Shown here one piece after another: positions 25,036 through 34,100 of a stretch of 43,240 bases of DNA (positions are counted from its first letter, which is position 1; every line of letters begins with the position of its first letter). A model generated the notes under the pieces. It was not told the DNA's origin and did no database searches. It saw only the letters and a program-made list of their open reading frames with translations. The position numbers and the translations under genes were made by a program. The stretch comes from Patescibacteria group bacterium (lineage in GTDB: Bacteria; Patescibacteriota; UBA1384; 2-12-FULL-50-11), in the NCBI GenBank assembly GCA_016861245.1, contig BOKZ01000001.1, positions 143,107 through 186,346 of the forward strand, in the 5' to 3' direction.

Positions 25036-26313
25036 TTACTGCTTCGAGAGGAAATCCGCAAAGATCTGATCGCTTTCGTACGGACCGACCACCGCCATCG
25101 CTAAACGTTCTTTATTAAAAACGGCACTCGCCAGTTCTTGAATTTGTGAAGCAGTAACGGCCTGAACTAGAGACTTTGCCTCTTCAAAACTTTCTTTTGC
25201 CCCAAGTAGAGCACTAGTTCCGTACCAAGTAGCTAGATCAACCGGTCGATCGGCGGAGAGATCGTACGACCCAACAAGTTGCGCCTTGGCCTTGTTTAAC
25301 TCGTCAGAACCGACCGGTTCGGTCATTAACTTTTCAAATTCTTCTGTAAGCGCATCGAGTGTTTGATCAACTTTTTCGGTGTTTACTCCACCGTAGATCG
25401 AGATTAGTCCTGTATCCTCGAACGGATAGAACGAGGAGTTGATAGCGTAAGCCAGCCCTTTCTTCTCACGGATGTTTAAAAAGAGGCGTGAACTCATTCC
25501 ACGTCCCAATACGGCGTTTAAAACGGTGCCGACAAATCGATCTTTTGATCCTAAGCCAAACGAGCTCGTCGCGGTAGCGAGCATAAAGTGCGTCTGGTCG
25601 GTGTTTTTTGTTAAAACTTTCACCGCTTTCGTGCTGTTACCGGTGAATAGTTCTGGTCGACTAACCGTCGTTGGTTTTAACTCTTGAATCTGCTCCCAAA
25701 CGGCGCTTTTAACGTCCTTACCTTCGAGATTTCCGACACAGACGAAGTACGCCTGGCTCGGCGCGTAGTGATCGCTGTGATACTGGCGAAACTGCTCGAT
25801 CGTCATCGCTCGGATCGTCTCTTCTGTTCCAATTACGGATTGTCCGAGGCTGTGATTTTGAAAGACCACGCCACCGAGCAGATCGTCGACTAAGTTAGCG
25901 GGGTCGTCTTGCATCCGACGAATCTCCTCGATAATCACACCGCGCTCTCGCTCTAAATCGTCTGAATTAAGCTGAGGCGTAAACGCCAACTCACATGCTA
26001 CTTTGATGCCCCGTTGATACTGACTGTGCGGCACAACGTTCCAGTAGGCGGTGTGGTCGTTGGAGGTCCAAGCGTTGAAGTAGCCGCCGATTCCCTCAAT
26101 CGCCTCGGCAATTTCTTTTGAGGAGTGGAATGACTTAGTTCCTTTAAAAACCACGTGTTCAAGAAAGTGGGCGATGCCGTTATTCGCGGCAGTTTCGTAG
26201 CGCGAACCGCTTCGAATTACTAAAAAATTTGTGACCGTATGGAAAGACGGAATATGTATCTCAACTAGTTTCATCCCGTTTTCGAACGTGTGAGTTGGGT
26301 AGGTTTTATGCAT
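25036..26313 (-). CDS. M16-family (insulinase/pitrilysin-like) zinc peptidase
   Basis: HFLEHVVFKGT is the inverted HxxEH zinc motif. The track ORF starts at TTG 26340. The ATG at 26313 (MHKTYPTHTFENGMKLV..) lies 6 nt after a -10 box. Confidence 0.9.
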   Translation of the reverse strand: MHKTYPTHTFENGMKLVEIHIPSFHTVTNFLVIRSGSRYETAANNGIAHFLEHVVFKGTKSFHSSKEIAEAIEGIGGYFNAWTSNDHTAYWNVVPHSQYQRGIKVACELAFTPQLNSDDLERERGVIIEEIRRMQDDPANLVDDLLGGVVFQNHSLGQSVIGTEETIRAMTIEQFRQYHSDHYAPSQAYFVCVGNLEGKDVKSAVWEQIQELKPTTVSRPELFTGNSTKAVKVLTKNTDQTHFMLATATSSFGLGSKDRFVGTVLNAVLGRGMSSRLFLNIREKKGLAYAINSSFYPFEDTGLISIYGGVNTEKVDQTLDALTEEFEKLMTEPVGSDELNKAKAQLVGSYDLSADRPVDLATWYGTSALLGAKESFEEAKSLVQAVTASQIQELASAVFNKERLAMAVVGPYESDQIFADFLSKQ

Positions 26314-26319
26314 GGAGCC

Positions 26320-26348
26320 AGTGTATCGGCAACTGGTCAAAGTATCAA
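26320..26348 (-). promoter_or_regulatory. sigma70-like promoter, leaderless configuration (TTGATA-N17-TACACT)
   Basis: Minus sense TTGATA (26348-26343), 17-nt spacer, TACACT (26325-26320). The ATG is at 26313. Confidence 0.5.
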
Positions 26349-26407
26349 CGCGCTATATTTGACACTAACTCAACACGCCATTAGGCTAATAATATAAAGA
26401 GGGGAAA

Positions 26408-27298
26408 ATGTTAAACGTACCAATCGACAGAATCGTGCCGCTTACCGACGCCAGAGATAATTTTTCGCGAATTGTTGCTGATATCGAGAACCAAAAAGAC
26501 GGCTTGTACGTTTTAACCAAAGGCGGCAAACCTGCCATCGCGCTAATAAACATCAGTTACCTCTCAGATCTAATGAACGGCACCGCTGTTTTACCGCAGC
26601 CACACAGTCAGCCAAGCGCCCCACAACCGTCGAAAGAGGCTAAGACTGATGAAGTCGACGAACCGGTAACACCGTCAACTGATAAAAAGTCGATTGAGCC
26701 AGCTGATAAGCCAAAGGCCGAGACGCCGAAACCAGAAGAGCCGAAAACCCCGCCGCCTCCGCCGCCACCAGTTAGGCCGCCAGCAGCGCCAACAACAAAT
26801 CCGATTAATCCGACCTGGACCGGACAACAACCCGCCGCAGCTCCTTCAACCAAGCCTGTTAGCCCGTGGCCGATTCAACCAACGCCCCAACCTACTCAGC
26901 CGCTCGCCGCTCCGAAGCCACCGATCGAAGTGCCAGTAGTAACCCCACCAAAAGCAGTCGTACCGCCAGTTGCGCCCGTGCAGCCAGCGCCACCAAAACC
27001 TGTAGCCCCACCACCCCCGCCGCCTCCGCCGCCACCCCCCAATCCGGTAAACACGCCTATTCCTGTTGCCGTAAAAACAACGCCCGATCTGCCGCCACCG
27101 CCAAACAATCCAACGACAATTCCGTTTGATGAGGCGCCAAAAACGATGCTAGAACCAGGCGAAGAGCCGATCACACCAGCGCCTTCGCTTAGTCAACCGC
27201 AACCAGAGAAGTCGACGCCTACACCAACGCAGTCGTCCCCACCGCCGCCAGCAGCACCGGCACAAAACGCCAGTAGCGTTCAAGATATCGATATTTGA
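26408..27298 (+). CDS. Phd/YefM-like antitoxin-fold N-domain fused to a ~220-aa proline-rich tail
   Basis: IDRIVPLTDARDNFSRIVADIENQKDGLYVLTKGGKPAIALINISYL resembles Phd/YefM. The rest is low-complexity P/T/A/Q with P7 and P11 runs. The SD AAAGAGGGG lies upstream. Confidence 0.75.
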   Translation: MLNVPIDRIVPLTDARDNFSRIVADIENQKDGLYVLTKGGKPAIALINISYLSDLMNGTAVLPQPHSQPSAPQPSKEAKTDEVDEPVTPSTDKKSIEPADKPKAETPKPEEPKTPPPPPPPVRPPAAPTTNPINPTWTGQQPAAAPSTKPVSPWPIQPTPQPTQPLAAPKPPIEVPVVTPPKAVVPPVAPVQPAPPKPVAPPPPPPPPPPPNPVNTPIPVAVKTTPDLPPPPNNPTTIPFDEAPKTMLEPGEEPITPAPSLSQPQPEKSTPTPTQSSPPPPAAPAQNASSVQDIDI

Positions 27299-27343
27299 TA
27301 CCTACAATATTGAGCTGTTTTGATACCCGAATCGGTCGTGAAT

Positions 27344-27964
27344 CTAACCGCCAAACACCTTATAAGCCACTAGCGTCACCGAAACGCCGAGCGCTATTCC
27401 AGCGCCGAGTTGCGCTGGAGTATGTTGCTTTAGAACTAACCTAGCCCAAATGATTGGGATTAAGAACAAGTAAAACCAAAGAAAAATTGAGCCGGAGAAC
27501 AATACCAAAATAGTTACCATCGCCGTCATCGTTGCCGCGTGAAGACTAATTTTCCAGATGAGCGTAATGATCGTCAAACAGATTAAATACGCTACCAGAA
27601 CGTTACTCATAAATAGCAAATTCGTGTTCTCGAGTCTGGCGCTAACTAAATACCCACCAACCAGCGCTCCGAGCGTCGAGAGCATGAGCGGTACGATCCT
27701 GTCCTGACGATCTGAGATATCTAGGTCGAGCTTCCGCTCTTTCGCCCAAATGACGATACTGTACAGCATGCCCGGGACAACCAGTAAGCCGATCGCCGCA
27801 ACAAGCCACTGCATAAATTCTGTAAGGTTGTCGGCGTAGCGATAAATAACAAAACCGGTAGCAGCGACTAATAGAATGACCGGATTCGTAATAAATGAGA
27901 TAACTTCCGCCAACCGCAGCTGTTGTTTGGTTACCGTCGCCATAATCGTTCGAACCATCCCCAC
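27344..27964 (-). CDS. polytopic membrane protein, divergent PAP2-like
   Basis: 206 aa with about 6 TM helices. WKISLHAATMTA and WARLVLKQHTPAQLGAGIALG resemble PAP2 motifs 2 and 3. The first motif is not evident. Confidence 0.55.
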   Translation of the reverse strand: MGMVRTIMATVTKQQLRLAEVISFITNPVILLVAATGFVIYRYADNLTEFMQWLVAAIGLLVVPGMLYSIVIWAKERKLDLDISDRQDRIVPLMLSTLGALVGGYLVSARLENTNLLFMSNVLVAYLICLTIITLIWKISLHAATMTAMVTILVLFSGSIFLWFYLFLIPIIWARLVLKQHTPAQLGAGIALGVSVTLVAYKVFGG

Positions 27965-28497
27965 GCATTATCTAACTGCCGGTTAAAAAATAGTACAAAT
28001 GCGGCGGCGATTATACCAACAGTCCAGCCAGCAATAACGTCACCGAACCAGTGAAAACCGATCGCTACCCGACCGAGGCTACTAACTAACGCCAAAACCA
28101 ACGCAGTATTGCCCAAGCGACGGTAACCGAATTTATAAAGTAGAAAGACTACAGCGGCCATTACCGCTGCGTGATCTGACGGAAAGGCTTTCTGCGGTTG
28201 CTCAAAAAATAGTTCGGTTAATCCGCTACTTGCAAACGGGCGATCACGAAAGCCGTAATTGTTATATAGAAGCGTACCGATGAGTGAATTTAGTACTTTC
28301 CAAGAAAGGACCGCTGCGACCGTAATTTTAAACGCCGAGAGACGATCCTTCGCACTTCGGAAAAATAAGATGATTAATAGTAGAGGTAGCGCGTAAATTA
28401 CTCCACCCGACAGAATTAGAAGGAAGTTCTGCAGAGCGCCGGATTGCTCCTGATAGAACCAGTCCGTAATTTGTCGGTCTAATTCGAGTAACGTCAT
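27931..28497 (-). CDS. PAP2-family phosphatase (BcrC/undecaprenyl-diphosphatase-like)
   Basis: All three PAP2 motifs are present: YGFRDRPF, FPSDHAA and GRVAIGFHWFGDVIAG. Confidence 0.8.
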   Translation of the reverse strand: MTLLELDRQITDWFYQEQSGALQNFLLILSGGVIYALPLLLIILFFRSAKDRLSAFKITVAAVLSWKVLNSLIGTLLYNNYGFRDRPFASSGLTELFFEQPQKAFPSDHAAVMAAVVFLLYKFGYRRLGNTALVLALVSSLGRVAIGFHWFGDVIAGWTVGIIAAAFVLFFNRQLDNAWGWFERLWRR

Positions 28498-28546
28498 TAC
28501 GTGCTACAGTATATCCGATGAAACTAGCGGTAACCAGAAAAACAAA

Positions 28547-29494
28547 GTGAACATGAAAGTTACACGTGCAATTAAAGATTACATTAAGCACTGTCGCGTC
28601 AGTCGCGGGTATTCGCCGTACACTATCCGCAATTATCAAAACTATCTACTAGCGCTTGAACGCTGGTGTCAGCAGAATAATGTATCTGAGATCGAGCAGC
28701 TAACAAGAAGCGATATCGAGGATTTCCAACTTTCTCTGATTGAGGGCAACCCGACGATGAGTAAACGAACTCAGAATTACTATCTCATCAGTATCCGTTC
28801 GTTGTTTAAGTACTTGATCGACCGAGACGTTACCGTTCTGTCGCCTGAAAAAATTACACTTTCGAAAACTCCGGGTCGCGAGATTCACGCGCTTGAGCCA
28901 GACGAGATAGCGAGAATGTCCGAGCCGCAAACTAGCTCAATTAACGACTTGCGCGACAGCGCGATCGTCAACGTCTTATTCTCAACCGGAATGAGAGTAA
29001 GCGAGCTGCTCTCGCTAAAAAGAGCAGATATCAACCTGGAGCGCGGCGAATTTAGCGTTCGCGGTAAGGGTAACAAGGTGCGACCGGTATTTCTAACTGA
29101 AGACGCCACAGCAGCGCTTAAAAAATACTTACAACTACGCACCGACAAGAACCCATACGTTTTTACGCAACACCACCAAAAAACGAATCGATCCGTACCG
29201 CTTAGCGCTCGCGGCATCCAAAGGTGTCTAAATCGTTTAGCCAAACTGGCCGGTATTGTTAAGCCGGTTTCCCCGCATAAACTCCGTCACAGTTTTGCAA
29301 CGGAGCTACTGAGAAACGGTGCAGACCTACGCGCGGTACAAGCGATGCTCGGCCACTCGTCGATTACCACAACTCAGGTTTACACCCATGTAACAGATAA
29401 AAACCTTCAAGAAATACATCGGCGTTTTCATAATCAGAAGACAACGCCGGAACGATTAGTCGAATCAGAACCCAAATCGGGTCAGGTGTCTTGA
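28547..29494 (+). CDS. tyrosine site-specific recombinase, XerC/XerD-like
   Basis: SAM-like N-domain plus catalytic residues in MRVSELLSL, LRHSFATELLRNGADLRAVQAMLGHSSITTTQVYTHV. GTG 28547 or ATG 28553 could be the start. Confidence 0.9.
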   Translation: MNMKVTRAIKDYIKHCRVSRGYSPYTIRNYQNYLLALERWCQQNNVSEIEQLTRSDIEDFQLSLIEGNPTMSKRTQNYYLISIRSLFKYLIDRDVTVLSPEKITLSKTPGREIHALEPDEIARMSEPQTSSINDLRDSAIVNVLFSTGMRVSELLSLKRADINLERGEFSVRGKGNKVRPVFLTEDATAALKKYLQLRTDKNPYVFTQHHQKTNRSVPLSARGIQRCLNRLAKLAGIVKPVSPHKLRHSFATELLRNGADLRAVQAMLGHSSITTTQVYTHVTDKNLQEIHRRFHNQKTTPERLVESEPKSGQVS

Positions 29495-29520
29495 TCTAAT
29501 GAGGCAAAATACCGTATAAT
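29491..29520 (+). promoter_or_regulatory. sigma70-like promoter for the rpsF operon (TTGATC-N18-TATAAT)
   Basis: TTGATC 29491-29496 overlaps the recombinase stop codon. TATAAT is at 29515-29520. The ATG follows 9 nt later with no SD. Confidence 0.55.
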
Positions 29521-29529
29521 TGCCTCTGA

Positions 29530-29913
29530 ATGAGTAAGACAACTATCGAAGAACCAAAAATCACCCACTCGCGCGAGGCAGAGCTATACTTAGCGTCTGC
29601 GCTCGTTACTTCCGAAGACTCTCTTAAGCACTTCGCTCAATTGATCGAAAGCCACGGCGCCGAAATTAAGAAATCTGAGAGTCTCGGACAGAAGCAGTTA
29701 CATCACCCGATTAATAAACATGGTTCGCTTTATCTTTTATCAGTATTCTTCACCGCCGTTCCAGCAACTGTACCAGCGATCGAAGCCGACTTACGTCGCG
29801 ATGATACGATCGAGCGAGCGCTCGTTACTACTTGGCGAGCAGATATCAACCAACCGATGCGTTCTGCTAGGGGACGAACTGACCGTGTTTCTAAGGAGAA
29901 AGAACAAGAGTAA
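29530..29913 (+). CDS. rpsF: 30S ribosomal protein S6
   Basis: Position upstream of ssb-rpsR, plus S6-like blocks (SESLGQKQLHHPINKHGSLYLLSVFF). Confidence 0.9.
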   Translation: MSKTTIEEPKITHSREAELYLASALVTSEDSLKHFAQLIESHGAEIKKSESLGQKQLHHPINKHGSLYLLSVFFTAVPATVPAIEADLRRDDTIERALVTTWRADINQPMRSARGRTDRVSKEKEQE

Positions 29914-30371
29914 TGTTCAGCTTAAACCGCGCTCAAGTTATCGGTAATCTTACTCGCGACCCAGAGATTAAAAATCTTCCAAGCGGGCAGTCTGTTTGCG
30001 CCTTCGCTGTCGCTACTAACCGCCGCTGGAAAGACAAAGACGGGAACACGAAAGAAGATACACAATATCACGAAGTAACGATCTGGGGCAGACTCGGTGA
30101 GCTCGCCTCACAGATGCTCTCAAAAGGTAAAAAAGTGTACGTCGAAGGACGATTGCAAACCAATAGCTGGGAAGCAGCCGACGGCAGTAAGCGCAGCCGA
30201 ACAGAGATCGTAGCCGAGAGCTTTATCCCGCTTTCGCCGAAAGACGGTATGGGTGGTTTTGACGTCGCTGAAGCGATCACTGCTACTTCCACCGACGAAA
30301 CACCGAAGAAAAAGAAAACCAGCGAACCGACACCGACAGACGAAATTAACCTAGACGATATCCCATTTTAA
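29913..30371 (+). CDS. ssb: single-stranded DNA-binding protein
   Basis: [47 protein letters not shown] fold and an acidic tip ending DDIPF. Confidence 0.95.
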   Translation: MFSLNRAQVIGNLTRDPEIKNLPSGQSVCAFAVATNRRWKDKDGNTKEDTQYHEVTIWGRLGELASQMLSKGKKVYVEGRLQTNSWEAADGSKRSRTEIVAESFIPLSPKDGMGGFDVAEAITATSTDETPKKKKTSEPTPTDEINLDDIPF

Positions 30372-30373
30372 AT

Positions 30374-30583
30374 ATGAAAAGAAAAGTAGATTGTTATTTT
30401 AAGAAAAACCAAGTCAAGGAAATCGATTATCGCGATACCGCCCTACTTTCCCGATACGTAACGAACTGGGGCAAACTAAAAAGCGCAAAAGAGACGAATA
30501 CCTCAACGAAATACCAGCGAGAATTATCTCGAGCAATTAAGCGCGCTCGTTACCTTGGTCTACTCCCGTACACAAAGCGCTAA
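30374..30583 (+). CDS. rpsR: 30S ribosomal protein S18
   Basis: [38 protein letters not shown] is the S18 signature. Confidence 0.9.
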   Translation: MKRKVDCYFKKNQVKEIDYRDTALLSRYVTNWGKLKSAKETNTSTKYQRELSRAIKRARYLGLLPYTKR

Positions 30584-30585
30584 CA

Positions 30586-31137
30586 ATGATTAGCCTTGGT
30601 CAGGCCAAGATCGGCACCAAAATTATTTGGCGCCAGGAGCCGCATGAAATTATCGAAGCGAACCATCACAAAATGGGCCGAGGCGGCGCCAAGTTAGTAA
30701 CGAAACTTCGTAATTTAATTAGCCAGGCTGTCATCGATTACACATTCCAAGGCGACGAGAAGCTAGAAGAGGCAGAAGTCGGTTATCGAAACAGTCAGTA
30801 CCTCTATAGCGAGCAGACCACTCACTTCTTTATGACCAACGACGACTTCACACAATTTAGTCTGGTACTGCCGAAAGATCGAGTGAAATTTCTAAAAGAA
30901 GGCGAGAACGTTGATTTAATGATTTGGAACAACCAAGTAATCGACGTTAAACTACCGAAGAAAGTTGAACTTAGAGTCACGTATACCGAGCCTGGCTTTA
31001 AAGGCGATACCGCCAGCGCCGGCTCAAAACCTGCGACCGTCGAAACTGGAGCGGGTATTCAAGTGCCGTTATTTATCCAAATCGGCGACACGATTCGTAT
31101 TAATACCGATACCGGTGCTTACGATAGCCGCGTTTAG
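30586..31137 (+). CDS. efp: elongation factor P
   Basis: 183 aa with KMGRGGAKLVTKLRNL (loop with the modified-Lys/Arg position) and a three-domain length. Confidence 0.95.
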   Translation: MISLGQAKIGTKIIWRQEPHEIIEANHHKMGRGGAKLVTKLRNLISQAVIDYTFQGDEKLEEAEVGYRNSQYLYSEQTTHFFMTNDDFTQFSLVLPKDRVKFLKEGENVDLMIWNNQVIDVKLPKKVELRVTYTEPGFKGDTASAGSKPATVETGAGIQVPLFIQIGDTIRINTDTGAYDSRV

Positions 31138-31138
31138 C

Positions 31139-34100
31139 CTACGGCGCGATCTCTTGAATCGTCAACTCAGAGCCGACCGAGACCGCTAAGTAACCTCTAA
31201 CTACGCCTCCGTAATAACCGATCACGCGATAGGCGTCAGTCGAGGAGAGCGCCTTGGCGGCGTTAAATAGAAATAGTACGTCTTCGCTATCCGGAATCCA
31301 TTTCATATACCGCGATTGAAGACTATCTGACTTACAGCTGTAATAATCGTCTTCGTCTTTACTGATTGAGTTGCGGGCGCAGTAACTCTTACCGGCTGGC
31401 CCTGTTGTGATTGCTCGACCAACGCCAACTGGCGTAACGAGTATCGAACCGCCGCCGCTGATTCTACTAAACCCAGCAAACATCAAGGTCTTGCTGTTGT
31501 TGTTTTCTGGGGCGTTGAGCGAACCAAACGGCAGGTTGAAGCAGTCACCGCCGCCGGTATCGCATTTATACGGAGTGTACCCTTCCTGGTCCCAACGGCC
31601 ATTGGTTCCGTCGAGCGACTGTGTCGGCCCGCTGAGTATCAACGAACGCGATCCGGAGTCTGACTTAAATCCGTTGCCAGGGTTAACGACCGCCAAACTA
31701 TTACCCCACGAGCTACTAAATCGTCCTAGCGTTCCGAGGTGCCGCATTAACTGATAATCGCAATTCTCCTGACCCAAGAACTGACAGATATTTGACGATG
31801 TTGGCGCACTCGTAAAAGTTAAGCTTTCCTTCGCTACGCCAGTGTATTGTTCTTTGAGTTGGTTAGTAAATTGGGACGCTTTAATAGAAGTACTTGCACC
31901 GGCGTCGACGATCGAAGTAGTGCCGTCAATGTTTGTATTACCGTTTGGCTGTCCCAACACCCTCGGACCAAGCGTTGTGTTATTAAAGCGCCGCTGACCG
32001 CCAAACATAACCATCTTGCCAGTAGTAGTAACTTCGGTTGTCGATCCGTATAAGTTTGGAATATCAGTCGTAACCGAGACACTACTTTTTCCTAACGTCC
32101 AGCTCGGACTCGGGCCAGTAAACCGGTGAGCGTTTTGCAATCTCCAAACATTTGCGTACGGTCCAAACGTACCACTGGCAATAAAAGCAGTCTGCCTATC
32201 CGGCGTTACTGCCAGCGTTCCGTTCTGACGCGGCGCTGGGCGGTTCGAGCCGTTATGAGAATAAGCGCTCGGGAAACGGCCGACCCACTTTTTGGCGTTC
32301 GTTGTACCAGTTATATTATTTACCCATTCCATCGCTCCCTGCGTGTGCTTCGGACGATATGTCTGGTAACTAAGCGCCATCTTATCGTCACTGGTGCCGC
32401 CGACAAGAATATTCGTCGATCTAGATTCTTGTAGCCCAGTAGTCATAAACGCCGGACCGGCTGCGCTAAACACAACGCGATTTGCGCCAGTTAATACTCT
32501 AGAGTCAACAGTGGCGGTCATCATTGTTGTGTTGGTTCCGCTTAACGAGCCAGAGTACGCCATCACAATCGCGCCGACCGGAATTTTGCGCAGCTCAATC
32601 GCCGAAGCGCCGTTATCAACCTGCACGCTATCGACGTTGACTCGTTCGGCGTTCGAAACGCTTACCGAGCCACTATTGCTGTACCCCGGGTAGTTGATAG
32701 CGATCTTGGCGTTGGCGCTATGTCCGACCAGTCCGCCATCCCCGCTGTAACTCGGATGGTGACGAACAGTAATCCTCGATTGGTTGTTCGGATCGATTGC
32801 CGCTACGATCCCCGTAAAGCGTTCCCGAGCTGCTGAGCTCTGTCGTTCGATGATTATCGTGGCACCTTCCGTAACACGTTCTCGGTTCCAAGAGTAATTG
32901 CCCGACTCGTCAGAGACCTCAAGCCGCCAAGTCTTTGCGTCGTCCCAAACTATCTCGGTCTGCGGCGTACCGTTGTTATCCCAAGTTATTTCTTTTGATT
33001 TAATCAGCTCTTCGTTGTTGATTGGGGAATTACTTGTGAACACCGTTGCCTGGCCGGGCATCCTAACACTCTGGAAGGTTAGATTGCCAGTTGGCAAAGT
33101 ACCCATCGCCAGCGGTACTGGGCTCCAGCGATTATTAGCCGTCTCAAACTCCCAGATATCAACCGTGCGAGCGTTTGAAGCGTTTTGCGGTTGGTCGCCT
33201 TGCCAGAAGTAGAGTTTTGTACCAACAGCGTTTAATTTGCCGTTAGCTCGACCGATTGGGAGTAATCTAACTGACTCACCGACTTGAGCTACACCAGTCT
33301 GATAGTCGTTAGTTTGATTGATATCAAGACTATTAAAATTCACTACATTACCGTTGATGCTACTAACGTAACCGGCGTACGTCGCCTGTAATTGCGTTGG
33401 ATTGGTATAACTGTCGTAATGCTCAAGTACGACCGCGTCGCCAAGTCCAATACCGTCAACACGTACGTCAATCCGGCAGCTTTTTGTTGCGTCTTGCCAG
33501 ATACACTTAGCCGAGCCTTTCGTGCGATTAAGAACTGTTACAGACAATGATCGTAAACTAACACTCCCTGTTGCTTCCTTTATCCCGTACGTTTTAACGC
33601 TAATGGCGTTAGCCGCTGGCAACCCGACGACGCGCCCCCAGGTCAGAAGTACTCCGCCGTCAGTTTTGCTGCCGTTCAAATAGACTTCGTCGCCCACCGC
33701 AACGCCGGCGTTACTAGTAGTCAGCGTCAACGTAGTTGGCGTATTTGGGTCGATCGATAAGCTGACGGGGTTAGCGCCGTTATTGGTGTTAACCGTAACT
33801 CTTGTTTGCCAGCCGTCTTTCCCGCTTCGATCTGCGAACCGACTAACAGTTTTTAATTCGAGCCAAATGCCACTACCGTTAGAATTATCGCCAACAATCG
33901 ATGGTTGGTTCGTGTTGATTGGATCATAAACAACCCGATTCCATTGTCTGGTCGTTAAATCGTACCGAAACATAGTACTCGGAAATACTTTTGCTACCCG
34001 AGCACCAGGACGGTTTAGTCCTAAACAGGTTGTTAAATAATAGTTATCGGCACACGTCTTACCGGCACTTATTTCTCCGACCCCGCTGTAAAGGTAGCCA

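Noticed and set aside
26608-27174. Gly-rich and Arg/Ser-rich ORFs overlapping the proline-rich gene on both strands
   Set aside because: CCN repeats produce open GGN and other frames automatically. Only the frame carrying the Phd-like N-domain and an SD is credible.
27931-27964. The 34-nt overlap between the two PAP2-like genes as a possible frameshifted single gene
   Set aside because: The upstream protein already holds all three PAP2 motifs and ends naturally. The downstream ORF has internal ATGs at 27958 and 27943 that shrink the overlap. Two tandem genes is the simpler reading.
28547-29494. The XerC/D-like recombinase as the integrase responsible for the tRNA-linked repeats
   Set aside because: It lies about 13-22 kb from all three tRNA loci and sits in a housekeeping context just upstream of rpsF. 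It looks like a chromosome-dimer-resolution Xer protein. No att-like repeat flanks it. A link cannot be excluded, but nothing supports one.
29530-31137. Absence of rplI (L9) after rpsF-ssb-rpsR, where efp follows instead
   Set aside because: L9 may simply be encoded elsewhere in the genome. Absence from one window says nothing about the genome, and operon variation here is common.
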